In this document: one piece after another, positions 19,583-29,308 of the stretch
Position numbering within the stretch: position 1 is the stretch's first letter
Layout: each line of letters begins with the position of its first letter
From: Saprospiraceae bacterium
GTDB lineage: Bacteria; Bacteroidota; Bacteroidia; Chitinophagales; Saprospiraceae
Reading direction: 5' to 3'
DNA length: 64,000 nucleotides
Assembly: GCA_020630495.1 (NCBI GenBank)
Contig: JAHDBH010000003.1
Location: forward strand, 11,059 to 75,058
Translations under genes and position numbers: made by a program
The notes under the pieces: generated by a model
Databases searched by the model: none
Seen by the model: the letters and a program-made list of their open reading frames with translations, nothing else
What the model was told of the DNA's origin: nothing

Positions 19583-20817
19583 GAGTCGGTAATTATACTG
19601 GAGACAGATCCATCAGCCAGGGTGGTAGTAATGTGATCACCAGCAACCAGGTCAATGACGGAGGAAACCATACGCCCACCCTTAGAGGTGATGCTGTAGC
19701 CACGTCTTAGTAGAGTCTCTGGGTCTCGATCCTTTAAGGTGCGTTCCAGATCATCAAGCTGTCTGCTTGCTTCACCAAGATATCTGTCAATGGATGTGGT
19801 AAGCATGTCAGCTACATTCTCCAGAGTCGTCTTCTCTGTGCGTATGCGATAATCGGTAATTGCCTTGAGCTGGTTAGCTGCGATATTGAGTGCCTGGTGT
19901 TGTTCGCTGAGATGCCAGTAGGCGATCTCAGCTATCTGGTGATAATCATCTATCAAGCCCTGTTCGTAGTTTTCTGTATGGCGGAGTAGATAGTCTGCTG
20001 CTGCGGTGGGTGTCTTGACACTGATAGCACTCACCATGTCAGCGATGCTCTGGTCGCGCTCATGTCCTATCGCGGTGAGAACGGGAATGTCTGACAGCGC
20101 TATTAACTCTGCGACATCATACTCATCAAATGCGGCTAGGTCCATCTTAGACCCGCCTCCCCGCATGAGAATGATGAGATCATACTGGATGTCTGATTGT
20201 GTATGGATATCATTCATGTGATGCCGCATGTCTTCTGCGACCATGACACCCTGCACACTCATAGCGTAGAGGTCGAGGTCGTATGCATAGCCCATTTCAT
20301 TATCTTCGATCTGCTGATAAAAATCTTGTAAGCCCGCGCTGGTCGAAGAACTGAGTAGCGCTATGCGCTTGAGCACTGGAGCGATCTCTATCTCTGCATT
20401 GCGCGTCATATGCCCGGCAGCTTCGAGCTTTTTGATGGTAAGCTCCTTTTGCATAGCCAATCGGCCAAGAGTGAAACTGGGATCTATGTCGCTGATGACC
20501 AGCTTGAGCCCATACCTCTCATGGAAGTCTGGCTTCACCTTGATAAGTACCGAGACGCCAGGCATCATCAGATCATGAAATAGATCCCCTGATTTTCTTT
20601 TGATGAAACTGAGCTTATCCGCCCATATGACAGCGGATGCCTGAGCAGTGACCTGATCAGTATTCTCGTCTTTTTGCCAGAGGTCTAAGTAGGCATGTCT
20701 GCCGCTGAAGCTCACTTGAGCTATCTCAGCTTCTATCCAGATAGGCTCATCAAAGTTGAGCGCAATCGTCTGACGGATGTACTGATGTAACTCATATAGT
20801 GAGTAGTGACTCTTCAC
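19579..20817 (-). CDS. xseA: Exodeoxyribonuclease VII large subunit
   Basis: N-terminal OB-fold (SLYELHQYIRQTIALNF..IWIEAEI), catalytic region GGGS..DL..F and size all match XseA. Confidence 0.9.
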   Translation of the reverse strand: MKSHYSLYELHQYIRQTIALNFDEPIWIEAEIAQVSFSGRHAYLDLWQKDENTDQVTAQASAVIWADKLSFIKRKSGDLFHDLMMPGVSVLIKVKPDFHERYGLKLVISDIDPSFTLGRLAMQKELTIKKLEAAGHMTRNAEIEIAPVLKRIALLSSSTSAGLQDFYQQIEDNEMGYAYDLDLYAMSVQGVMVAEDMRHHMNDIHTQSDIQYDLIILMRGGGSKMDLAAFDEYDVAELIALSDIPVLTAIGHERDQSIADMVSAISVKTPTAAADYLLRHTENYEQGLIDDYHQIAEIAYWHLSEQHQALNIAANQLKAITDYRIRTEKTTLENVADMLTTSIDRYLGEASRQLDDLERTLKDRDPETLLRRGYSITSKGGRMVSSVIDLVAGDHITTTLADGSVSSIITDS

Positions 20818-20830
20818 TGTGCCTGGCGCT

Positions 20831-22033
20831 CTATGCCAGTACTTTCTCTACGAGTGCGGCTGCTTCCTGCAGCTGGATAGCGCTATGCACTTCGAGACCA
20901 GATTCATCGATGATTTTCTTAGCAATGTCAGCATTGGTGCCTTGAAGACGAACTATGATGGGTACATTGATGTCCTTCATGTTTTTGTAGGCGTCTACTA
21001 CACCATTAGCCACGCGATCGCATCGTACGATACCACCAAATATATTGATCAGAATCGCCTTTACTTTAGGATCTCTGAGGATGATACGGAAGGCTTGTTC
21101 CACTCTGGCAGCGTCCGCCGTACCTCCTACATCAAGAAAATTAGCTGGTTCTCCGCCGCTGAGCTTGATGATGTCCATAGTCGCCATGGCGAGGCCTGCA
21201 CCATTGACCATGCAGCCTACATTTCCATCCAGATTGACATAGTTGAGGCCATAGCTCTTAGCTTCTACCTCGGTAGGATCTTCTTCGCTAGTGTCTCGCA
21301 GTTCGGCAAGATCCGGATGTCTGAAGAGGGCATTTTCATCAAGTGAAACTTTACAATCTACAGCAACGATCTGATCATGCGCATCCTTGAGACAAGGATT
21401 GATCTCAAAGAGTGAAGCGTCCGATTGTACAAAGGCCTTGTAAAGATTAGCAATAAACTTGGTCATATCCTTAAAGGCGGCGCCTGATAGGCCCAGGTTA
21501 AAGGCTATCTTGCGCAACTGAAATCCTTGAATGCCTAGGGTAGGATCTATAAATTCCTTATGCACGAGGTGTGGAGTCTCTTCTGCGACTTTCTCTATGT
21601 CCATTCCACCTTCAGTGCTGTATACGATTACATTGCGCTTGCTTCCACGATCCATAAGCACAGACACGTAAAATTCCTTGCAAGCGTCAAAGTCGGGGTG
21701 ATATGCATCTTCTGCCACCAGAATCTTACTTACGAGCTTACCCTCTCCATCCATGCCGCCAGGGGTCTGAGGTGTCTTGAGCATCATGCCAAGGATATTG
21801 TCAGCATGTTCACGGAGCTCCGCCTCATTCTTGGCAAGTTTCACTCCACCACCTTTACCTCGTCCGCCAGCGTGGATTTGAGCTTTTACCACCACCACAG
21901 GCGTATCGGCTGAGGCGGTCATCCGCTTATATGCTGCGACTGCTTCGTCCACAGTGTGAGCTACTTCACCATCTTGTATCTTGATGCCGTAGGACTTGAG
22001 TAATTGCTTTCCTTGGTATTCGTGTAGGTTCAT
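20831..22033 (-). CDS. sucC: Succinyl-CoA synthetase (ADP-forming) beta subunit
   Basis: [12 protein letters not shown] start, ATP-grasp domain, [18 protein letters not shown] and [10 protein letters not shown] motifs. Confidence 0.95.
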   Translation of the reverse strand: MNLHEYQGKQLLKSYGIKIQDGEVAHTVDEAVAAYKRMTASADTPVVVVKAQIHAGGRGKGGGVKLAKNEAELREHADNILGMMLKTPQTPGGMDGEGKLVSKILVAEDAYHPDFDACKEFYVSVLMDRGSKRNVIVYSTEGGMDIEKVAEETPHLVHKEFIDPTLGIQGFQLRKIAFNLGLSGAAFKDMTKFIANLYKAFVQSDASLFEINPCLKDAHDQIVAVDCKVSLDENALFRHPDLAELRDTSEEDPTEVEAKSYGLNYVNLDGNVGCMVNGAGLAMATMDIIKLSGGEPANFLDVGGTADAARVEQAFRIILRDPKVKAILINIFGGIVRCDRVANGVVDAYKNMKDINVPIIVRLQGTNADIAKKIIDESGLEVHSAIQLQEAAALVEKVLA

Positions 22034-22091
22034 AGTTATAGAGTGTGCTTACTTGGTATATTGATTAATGTCGGAGATCAAGTGTGTATGA

Positions 22092-23204
22092 TCAGAGGAG
22101 AGTCGATAGATTGCTATAAGGCATGTCAAATGCATCTGCCACATTCTGATAGACAATCTCTCCAGCAACGATGTTCAATCCTGGCCGCAGTTCTGTACGT
22201 CTCTGGATGGCTGTCTTCCAGCCATGGTTAGCGAGTTCTATAGCGTAGGGTAGAGTGGCATTGGTAAGTGCGATGGTGGACGTGCGCGGCACAGCTCCAG
22301 GCATATTGGCCACGCAGTAGTGCACGACGTCATCCACGATGAAGACTGGATCCTCATGAGTGGTAGGCTTGCAAGTCTCTATGCATCCACCTTGATCCAC
22401 CGCTACATCAACGACTACCGTACCGGGCTCCATGTGACTCAGCATTTCTCTCGTGATCAGATTGGGAGCCTTAGCACCCGGTATGAGTACAGCCCCTACG
22501 ATCAGATCGGCCTTGGTAATAGCCTCGCGTATGTTGTATTCGTTACTGAAGCGCGTAGTCACATTTGCCGGCATGACATCCTCTAGATATCTCAAGCGAT
22601 CGAGATTGATATCATATATGGTCACGTGCGCTCCTAGTCCTGCTGCCATCTTAGCTGCTTGTACACCGACGATACCACCGCCGAGGATCATGACTTGTCC
22701 TGGACTCACGCCAGGTACACCTCCGAGCAGGACACCTTTTCCCTTCTGGGGATGCTCTAGATATTTAGCTCCTTGCTGTACGGCCATTCGGCCTGCCACC
22801 TCGCTCATAGGTATGAGTAGCGGGAGCTTGTGATCGGGTGTCATCACTGTTTCATATGCAAGGCAGGTTGCCTTACTAGCAATCATGGCTTCTGTAAGTG
22901 GGCGATGACTCGCAAAATGAAAGTAGGTAAATAAGAGGTGATGCTCTTGGATCAGATCATACTCCGCCTCTATGGGCTCCTTGACTTTGACGATCATCTC
23001 TGCCTCATGATATACGTCCTGGATTGTATCTAAGACTACCGCACCAGCTTGAGCATACATCTGATCTGTGTAGCCACTGCCTAGTCCACCGCCTTTCTGG
23101 GTATAGACCTTGTGTCCGTGCTTTACAAACTCTAGGACGCCAGCAGGTGTGACAGCGATTCTACTTTCGTTGGTTTTGATTTCCTTAGGTACGCCTATGA
23201 TCAT
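22092..23204 (-). CDS. ald: Alanine dehydrogenase
   Basis: MIIGVPKEIKTNESRIAVTP start at the internal Met (the ORF-track start at 23276 adds 24 non-conserved residues). NAD fold ILGGGIVGVQAAKMAAGLGA. Confidence 0.9.
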   Translation of the reverse strand: MIIGVPKEIKTNESRIAVTPAGVLEFVKHGHKVYTQKGGGLGSGYTDQMYAQAGAVVLDTIQDVYHEAEMIVKVKEPIEAEYDLIQEHHLLFTYFHFASHRPLTEAMIASKATCLAYETVMTPDHKLPLLIPMSEVAGRMAVQQGAKYLEHPQKGKGVLLGGVPGVSPGQVMILGGGIVGVQAAKMAAGLGAHVTIYDINLDRLRYLEDVMPANVTTRFSNEYNIREAITKADLIVGAVLIPGAKAPNLITREMLSHMEPGTVVVDVAVDQGGCIETCKPTTHEDPVFIVDDVVHYCVANMPGAVPRTSTIALTNATLPYAIELANHGWKTAIQRRTELRPGLNIVAGEIVYQNVADAFDMPYSNLSTLL

Positions 23205-23342
23205 TGAGATAGCATTTAATAGGATGAGAGCGAGTCTAGAACCCCGTGATAGTGAGTGGCGAAGGTATGAAATCATAAGCTATAAAATAGCGAAAAACTG
23301 AGTGCATATATCTTTCCCTTAGCGTTCCTCTTACGAGTACAT

Positions 23343-24077
23343 TTGTGCACCGCGAGTCACGCAGATTTGCAAGAGACTGCGGACAAAAGCAACCACATCA
23401 TCAGCACACTCGATATACTCTACGAAGACAATCATCTCATCGCTCTGAATAAGCCAGTAGGCGTCCCCAGCCAGAGCGATCAGACGGGGGTGGTAGATCT
23501 GCGTACCATGCTCATGCAGGATATCAAGGTGCGATACGATAAGCCTGGCAAGGTATACTGCGGCCTGATCCATAGACTTGATCGACCTACAAGTGGTGTC
23601 ATCGTATTTGCCAAGACACAGAAATCACTCTCGCGGATGTCTCAACTCTTCAGGGATCGCGATATACAGAAATCTTATCTCTGCGTCACTTCCACCATAC
23701 CCAGTCCATTCAGCGGACGCTTGACGCACCATCTCTTCAAGGATCGCTCTAAGAATAAGAGCTATGTCACTAAGCCCTCAGGCGATAGCAAAGAAGCGAT
23801 ACTTAGCTATGAGCTACTCCAGCAACAGGGCGATCGATGCCTCGTAGCAGTCTATCCTGAGACGGGAAGGTCGCACCAGATCCGCGTGCAGATGGCACAT
23901 ATTAACTGCCCTATAGTAGGGGATAGAAAATATGGAGGTGACCATCTGCGCGAGTCTTCACAGTTTGGCCTACATGCCCATAAGATCAAGTTTGTACATC
24001 CTGTAAAGAAGGAAATGCTGGAGATTACTGCGCCCTGGCCAGATAATGATCCGTGGACAGCTTTTGAGGCTTTGTAG
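23343..24077 (+). CDS. RluA-family pseudouridine synthase
   Basis: ILYEDNHLIALNKP and the catalytic HRLDRPTSGVIVFAKT motif. The start codon is uncertain: no ATG is nearby, so TTG or GTG is used. Confidence 0.8.
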   Translation: MCTASHADLQETADKSNHIISTLDILYEDNHLIALNKPVGVPSQSDQTGVVDLRTMLMQDIKVRYDKPGKVYCGLIHRLDRPTSGVIVFAKTQKSLSRMSQLFRDRDIQKSYLCVTSTIPSPFSGRLTHHLFKDRSKNKSYVTKPSGDSKEAILSYELLQQQGDRCLVAVYPETGRSHQIRVQMAHINCPIVGDRKYGGDHLRESSQFGLHAHKIKFVHPVKKEMLEITAPWPDNDPWTAFEAL

Positions 24078-24383
24078 TACCCAATTCGTGTATTAGGAAT
24101 TTTTATTTGGACTGCTCTTTGGTTTAAATAGCAGGTATTAATGACGCATATGAAGAGATTGACTTCTGCGAGTGTAAGTTTAGCTTACGGGCAAATATTG
24201 AATTTATTCAGAATTTATTGACGTTGTTTCAAATCCCGTCGAAGGACTTCGCGCATAGGATCTATCTGCTTCAGCCTCAGGCACTTCACCTCCTCGCCAT
24301 AGCGCGCTATGCCTCATCAGCGGAGCACCTGACGCTATTGCAGCTAGCCCCTATCCATCGAAGCCTAATGCACGTATTGGGTA
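24078..24383 (+). repeat. MITE-like element, copy A, with 20-bp terminal inverted repeats
   Basis: The left end tacccaattcgtgtattagg (24078-24097) is the imperfect reverse complement (18/20) of the right end cctaatgcacgtattgggta (24364-24383). The interior aligns by eye at roughly 65-75 percent with the reverse complement of 58819-59226. No ORF. Confidence 0.55.
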
Positions 24384-24400
24384 GTATGTGATATATCATC

Positions 24401-24408
24401 TACCTTTG
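24401..24408 (+). promoter_or_regulatory. Bacteroidota-type -7 promoter box (TAnnTTTG) for the SRP RNA
   Basis: tacctttg matches TAnnTTTG exactly and sits a few nt upstream of the predicted SRP RNA 5' end. A TTG at 24377-24379 lies 21 nt upstream, consistent with a -33 element. Confidence 0.4.
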
Positions 24409-24411
24409 TGG

Positions 24412-24509
24412 CGAGTGAGAGTCATACGACTAGCTCCCTTTGAACTCCCCCAGGGCAGAAATGCAGCAAGGGTAAAAGGTTGTAGCAGTGCGCTATGATT
24501 TCTCACTCA
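24412..24509 (+). ncRNA. ffs: Small (4.5S-type) signal recognition particle RNA
   Basis: Conserved domain IV core ctcccccagggcagaaatgcagcaagggtaa (pattern CCAGG-n-GAA-n-GCAGCAAGGGTAA). The ends gagtgagag.../...tttctcactc pair into a long helix. It is followed by a T7 run at 24510-24517. Boundaries are accurate to about 5 nt. Confidence 0.75.
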
Positions 24510-24535
24510 TTTTTTTCCACCTCACACATCTTTTC

Positions 24536-25192
24536 ATGAAGTTTTTTGTAGACACGGCAGATCTAGAAGAGATCCGCGAAGCAGCTGATATGGGCATCCT
24601 AGATGGTGTCACCACCAATCCATCTCTCATGGCCAAGCAGGGAATCAGCGGCAAGCAAAATATCCTAGATCACTACAAGCGTATCTGCGAGATCACAGAT
24701 GGTGACGTAAGTGCAGAGGTCATCTCTACTGACTTTGATGGCATGATGGAAGAGGCGATGGTGCTCAAGGATATTGCTCCCAATATCGTGATCAAGATAC
24801 CGATGATACGCGATGGCGTGAAGGCGCTGAGCGCCCTTTCGGGCAAAGGCATCAAGACAAACTGTACGCTCATATTTTCAGCTGGTCAAGCCATCCTGGC
24901 AGCTAAGGCAGGTGCGACTTATTTATCACCATTTATGGGAAGGATCGATGACATCAGCTGGGATAGCGATCTACTCCTCGAGGAAATTGCAGAGATCTAT
25001 GAAATCCAGGAAATGGACACTGAGATCTTGGCTGCGAGCATACGATCACCACTCCACATCGTCAAGGCTGCAAGACTAGGCGCACACGTAGTCACATGTC
25101 CACTCAAAGCAATCCTGGGGCTGCTTAATCATCCGCTTACAGACATAGGCCTAGAAAAGTTTCTGGCAGATCATCGCAAGGCTAATTCTTAG
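24536..25192 (+). CDS. fsa: Transaldolase-family class I aldolase (short Fsa/TalC type)
   Basis: MKFFVDTADLEEIRE...GVTTNPSL and KIPMIRDGVKA (Schiff-base Lys context). The ORF-track start at 24488 would overlap the SRP RNA, so Met17 is used. Confidence 0.9.
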   Translation: MKFFVDTADLEEIREAADMGILDGVTTNPSLMAKQGISGKQNILDHYKRICEITDGDVSAEVISTDFDGMMEEAMVLKDIAPNIVIKIPMIRDGVKALSALSGKGIKTNCTLIFSAGQAILAAKAGATYLSPFMGRIDDISWDSDLLLEEIAEIYEIQEMDTEILAASIRSPLHIVKAARLGAHVVTCPLKAILGLLNHPLTDIGLEKFLADHRKANS

Positions 25193-25302
25193 AAGCAAAG
25201 AATCTTAGTAGCGCTGTTGATCTAGGGCTATACAAGCTCAGATATCATCCTGGTAAGCCGCCAAGACATCAGCGCGATAGATTGCTATACTACTCATCTT
25301 AT

Positions 25303-26139
25303 CTACGGGAGCAGCGCTGCAGCCTGCAACACAGTCTCTATCATGCGATCAACTTCAGAGACAGGATCCTTAGCAAATCTTCCGTGCAGTCGCTCTGCGA
25401 GTATCACGCTGAAGCTGCATGCTCTGTGTCCAAGGTGCTCTGCCATGTGATAGATAGCAGCTGTCTCCATCTCGATATGCTGTAGTGATTCTGCACTGAT
25501 CAGTTGATGTATGGAGGTATCAGTAATCGTCCTTATCGGTCTGCCTTGCGGAGCGTAGAATCCTTGCGCTGTATAAGTACGCGTGCGCTTGCAATCAATG
25601 GCTAGCTCGTGAGCTAGATCTTCAGTATATCTAGCAGCGTAGATACCTCCTTGCCAGATACCAGGATGATTCAGGGATCGCTGCGAAGCTTCTGCCATAG
25701 GATAGAAATGGTGCAAGCCATCCAGAGCTACGGCATAGGCAGACAATACTAAGTCCCCACATACCAAATCGGTGGAAATGGATCCACTTGTGCCCATCCT
25801 GATGATATTGAGGGAAGTGTGGTGCTCATACGGCTTGCGCGTAGAAAGATCTACATTGACCAGTTGGTCCAGTTCTATCATGACGATCTCTATGTTACTT
25901 GATCCCATGCCAGTCGATAGGACAGTAAGCTCTTTGCCCCGAAGAGTGCCCGTGTGACACACAAATTCTCGCTGACTCTTCTTTACTCGCACATGATCAA
26001 AATGCCTAGATACTCGAGATACGCGCGCAGGATCACCCACAGTCAATACCGTGAGAGCAATATCATCAGGTAACAGTCCCAGATGGTATACGCTACCGTC
26101 ATCCCGCAAGATGAGATCTGATGGAGACATAGCAGACAT
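25303..26139 (-). CDS. Nucleoside phosphorylase (PNP/UDP family, uridine-phosphorylase-like)
   Basis: TVGDPARV, RMGTSGS and IEMETAAIY motifs in the expected order. Confidence 0.75.
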   Translation of the reverse strand: MSAMSPSDLILRDDGSVYHLGLLPDDIALTVLTVGDPARVSRVSRHFDHVRVKKSQREFVCHTGTLRGKELTVLSTGMGSSNIEIVMIELDQLVNVDLSTRKPYEHHTSLNIIRMGTSGSISTDLVCGDLVLSAYAVALDGLHHFYPMAEASQRSLNHPGIWQGGIYAARYTEDLAHELAIDCKRTRTYTAQGFYAPQGRPIRTITDTSIHQLISAESLQHIEMETAAIYHMAEHLGHRACSFSVILAERLHGRFAKDPVSEVDRMIETVLQAAALLP

Positions 26140-26173
26140 GAACCAAAAGTACCTTATGCATCTTGAAATGAAT

Positions 26174-26527
26174 ATGAGAAAGTTTTACCATCTATCCACT
26201 TGCAAGACTTGTCAGCGCATATGGCAAGAGATAGGTCTAGATCCCCATGATGTCACTACGCAGAATATCAAAGAGCAACCTGTGAGCGAAGAAGAACTCG
26301 ATGCCATGGCAGAGATCACTGGCAGCTACGAATCCTTATTTTCCAGGCGCTCTATGCAGTATAGGAAGCTCGGACTGGGCGATGCGGATCTGCAAGAGGC
26401 TGACTACAGGAAGTACATCCTGGAGCACTATTCCTTTTTGAAGCGTCCAGTACTGTATATCGATAATCGTGTAGCAGCAGGGAATAGCAAGGCGACCATA
26501 GAAACTATGAAGGAGATGCTCAACTAG
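26174..26527 (+). CDS. ArsC/Spx/YffB-family thioredoxin-fold protein
   Basis: MRKFYHLSTCKTCQR N-terminal Cys motif, ...LFSRRSMQYRKLGL...LKRPVL, about 117 aa. A start at 26174 (or 26168) is chosen to avoid overlap with the divergent phosphorylase gene. Confidence 0.75.
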   Translation: MRKFYHLSTCKTCQRIWQEIGLDPHDVTTQNIKEQPVSEEELDAMAEITGSYESLFSRRSMQYRKLGLGDADLQEADYRKYILEHYSFLKRPVLYIDNRVAAGNSKATIETMKEMLN

Positions 26528-26568
26528 AATAGCGCATCTGCCTGGCAGCCCGGTCCTCTGGAAAGCTA

Positions 26569-27075
26569 TCAGTTGCAACGTATGATCAGAGGAGGCAAAG
26601 TGAGGCGATTGGACTCATTGCCAGCTCTATCTACGAGATACACTTCAAAAATCACGTCTTGCGTCAGACTCGGATCATCTGTAGGACACGTATTTCCCAT
26701 ATCATCTATGCAGCAGGTGGTGAGTAGCTTTACCGTGACTGTGCCCTGGACAGCGCGATCATTTCCAGGCTCAGGTAGCTCAGGCATGCGGAAACTACTG
26801 AAGACAAAGTCCTGGCGCGTATCGATAAAGAAGATACTGGACTCGTCCTCTGATCCTAGATCTCCATCCCCGTCAGCAAAGTCCAGTGCTACAAAGACAG
26901 AGTCGCCTACGAGCGGCCCTTGATCCAAACTATCTTTGCTGAAGGACACAAAACTGATGGATGGCTCATCAGGTAGATCTGGCTCTTCCACGCATGCTGC
27001 AAGGGAGAGGATCATGACTGTGCAAGCGAGGATACCCACATGACGAGCGACATTACCAGAGAAAAAATACTGCAT
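26569..27075 (-). CDS. Hypothetical lipoprotein
   Basis: Lipobox LSLAAC and acidic DGDGDLG segments. The start is ambiguous because 27075 overlaps the divergent gene by 36 nt; the alternative Met is at 27015. Confidence 0.45.
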   Translation of the reverse strand: MQYFFSGNVARHVGILACTVMILSLAACVEEPDLPDEPSISFVSFSKDSLDQGPLVGDSVFVALDFADGDGDLGSEDESSIFFIDTRQDFVFSSFRMPELPEPGNDRAVQGTVTVKLLTTCCIDDMGNTCPTDDPSLTQDVIFEVYLVDRAGNESNRLTLPPLIIRCN

Positions 27076-28026
27076 AGACTGAAATCTCTCAACGAAGATA
27101 ACTATGATCAGCTTGCGCTAGATATCTATCAATACCAATACAAGCAGTGTGAAGTCTACAGGAAGTGGTGTGATGCTCTATCCATGTCTTCTCCTCAGAG
27201 CTTCTGCGATATTCCTTATCTCCCTATATCGACTTTTAAGCATCACGAGGTCATGGCAGGTGACTGGATTCCTGAGGCAAGATTTCAGAGTAGCGGCACC
27301 ACATCACAGTGCAGATCTGAGCATCTGATTAGAGATCTCTCCACTTACACCAAGAGGTGTGTAGATCACATACCACACTATGTACCGCTCAGATCTGACA
27401 CTCGACTCTATGCCCTGCTTCCTAGCTATCAGGAGCAGTCTCAAAGCTCACTTCTGCATATGGTAGAGGCCATGGGCGATCGGTGTGATTTCCAGGGATA
27501 TTACGGTCATCGCTTACCTGAGCTTTACGAGCATATACACTCAGATCTAGCGAATGACCAGACGATATGGCTTATCGGCGTGAGCTATGCCTTGCTGGAT
27601 CTGGCGCAGCAAGGTTATATCTCAGGAAGGATACACGTGACCTATACAGGTGGCATGAAGGGTAGAGGTCGTGAGCTTACTCACGCGGAGTTGACCCAGA
27701 CCTTACAGCGGTCCTGGCCACAGGCCATGATAAATGTGGAGTATGGCATGACAGAGCTGCAGAGCCAAGCATGGGCAGAGGCTGACGGATGGCTATGTCC
27801 TGGACGTGCTATGCGACTGACACTTGCTACTGCGGACAATCCTCTCCGCGGGACTATGCAGACTCGTGGCATAGGACGCATAGCTGATCTGTACAATCTG
27901 GACAGTTGTTCCTTTATCGCCACGGAGGATCTTGTGGAGCGGCGTGAGGATGGAAGCTTTAGGATACTTGGTAGATTGGATCACTCAGATCTGCGAGGCT
28001 GCAATCTGCTGTACGTCAGCTCTTAG
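27040..28026 (+). CDS. LuxE/PaaK-like acyl-protein synthetase superfamily protein (tentative)
   Basis: The N-terminal pattern (FDQLALDIYQYQYKQCEVYRKWCDAL...IPYLPISTFKHHEV) and the 328-aa size resemble the Bacteroidota LuxE-like 'acyl transferase' family. This is a recollection-based call. Confidence 0.5.
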   Translation: MTSDITREKILHRLKSLNEDNYDQLALDIYQYQYKQCEVYRKWCDALSMSSPQSFCDIPYLPISTFKHHEVMAGDWIPEARFQSSGTTSQCRSEHLIRDLSTYTKRCVDHIPHYVPLRSDTRLYALLPSYQEQSQSSLLHMVEAMGDRCDFQGYYGHRLPELYEHIHSDLANDQTIWLIGVSYALLDLAQQGYISGRIHVTYTGGMKGRGRELTHAELTQTLQRSWPQAMINVEYGMTELQSQAWAEADGWLCPGRAMRLTLATADNPLRGTMQTRGIGRIADLYNLDSCSFIATEDLVERREDGSFRILGRLDHSDLRGCNLLYVSS

Positions 28027-29236
28027 CCTGATCCTTCACCAGTCCCAGATAGAGCCATTCGGCGAGAGCCTGACGATTTTCTGGGTATAGAATTCGCTTT
28101 TGATCATGAGTATTGCGGATGTTAGCCAGCTCGACAAAGACGGCTTTTGGATAGGTATTCTTTATGACATAGAGATTTCTAGAGGAAACCGTACCGCTAT
28201 ATTGCCCAGAGCGCCTATTGACCTTGTATTTCTGTCTGAAAGTCTCTAGCATCGTTTCTGCAAGCTTCTTTCCAGATTTACTCTTATCATAGTAGTAGAA
28301 GAACACATCTTGGCGCTTAGCCTCGCTACGACTGTCTACATGGATAAATAGCGCGGTCTGCTGCTTTACCCCGTCACGTCTGTGTTTTTTGTAGAGATGA
28401 TTTACCGCCTGCGTCCTCTGATCCAGGCGTATACGCTGTGATAGTGGAATCTTTGCCTTTCCTAGGCATAGCTCATCTTGATCACCTTGCAGGATGCGAT
28501 CTGATCGTATGCCATCATTAGGATCCTGGATGATCATGTATACGGTGGCACCGTGCGACTTAAGCTTCCTGTAGAGGCGCAGTGATACATCATAGGCATA
28601 CTCATCTTCACAGAGATCATTTCCAGCTTTGCGCGCTTGTGCTCCTGGGTCTGGCCCACCATGACCACTTGTGATGTAGAACACTTGCCCCTTGAGACTA
28701 CGATCGAGTACTTCATATTTTTCATGCTCTGGACCTAGGAGAGGATCAGTATTGTATTCTCTGACAGGAGTTTTTTTCTCTTCTATCAGATCCGTGATGG
28801 ACTCTGTAGTGCTGGTGCAGTCTGTGAAGTGAAATGGCACCCATAATATTTTGCTTGTCTGATAAGTAGTAGATCTTACCCCCTTGTCCTTGAGAGCCAG
28901 ATTATACTTAGCTATGGCGAGAGCCTTGTTATAGTCCGTGATTCCTATAGTGCTGCGGATGGATTGACTATTGTAGGTGTATAGCTTGACTGGTAGCTTA
29001 TATGATCTGCCAGCAAGAAGCTGTGCTGAGCGATCTAGCTGATTGATCTCGTAAAATGCCGTAAGATTGCAGGGATATGCCTGCAGATCATACCTCCTGA
29101 GCAGCGACAGTACGCCATCTCCTTTCTTAGCTTTTACTTGATGTATGGTGTAGGAGGATGTCTGGGCTTTCGCCCAAATGGGGCACGCCAACAACAAACC
29201 CATACACAGGAAGACCTTAGTCATCATAACTTCCAC
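28016..29236 (-). CDS. N-acetylmuramoyl-L-alanine amidase (Amidase_3) with N-terminal LysM-like repeats
   Basis: ITSGHGGPDPGA, EDEYAYDVSLRL, IHVDS and FVELANIRN motifs, plus a signal peptide. Confidence 0.8.
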   Translation of the reverse strand: MEVMMTKVFLCMGLLLACPIWAKAQTSSYTIHQVKAKKGDGVLSLLRRYDLQAYPCNLTAFYEINQLDRSAQLLAGRSYKLPVKLYTYNSQSIRSTIGITDYNKALAIAKYNLALKDKGVRSTTYQTSKILWVPFHFTDCTSTTESITDLIEEKKTPVREYNTDPLLGPEHEKYEVLDRSLKGQVFYITSGHGGPDPGAQARKAGNDLCEDEYAYDVSLRLYRKLKSHGATVYMIIQDPNDGIRSDRILQGDQDELCLGKAKIPLSQRIRLDQRTQAVNHLYKKHRRDGVKQQTALFIHVDSRSEAKRQDVFFYYYDKSKSGKKLAETMLETFRQKYKVNRRSGQYSGTVSSRNLYVIKNTYPKAVFVELANIRNTHDQKRILYPENRQALAEWLYLGLVKDQAKS

Positions 29237-29308
29237 GTATTAGGAGCCGTAAATATATAAATAATTTATAATATGTAAGGAAATTTTCTTCTTGCCGCAT
29301 GACGTTAA

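Noticed and set aside
20819-21346. A 175-aa plus-strand ORF opposite sucC, and similar antisense ORFs opposite ald, xseA, pdhA, ribH and the S8 peptidase
   Set aside because: Each lies within a high-confidence conserved gene on the other strand and shows no recognisable motifs.
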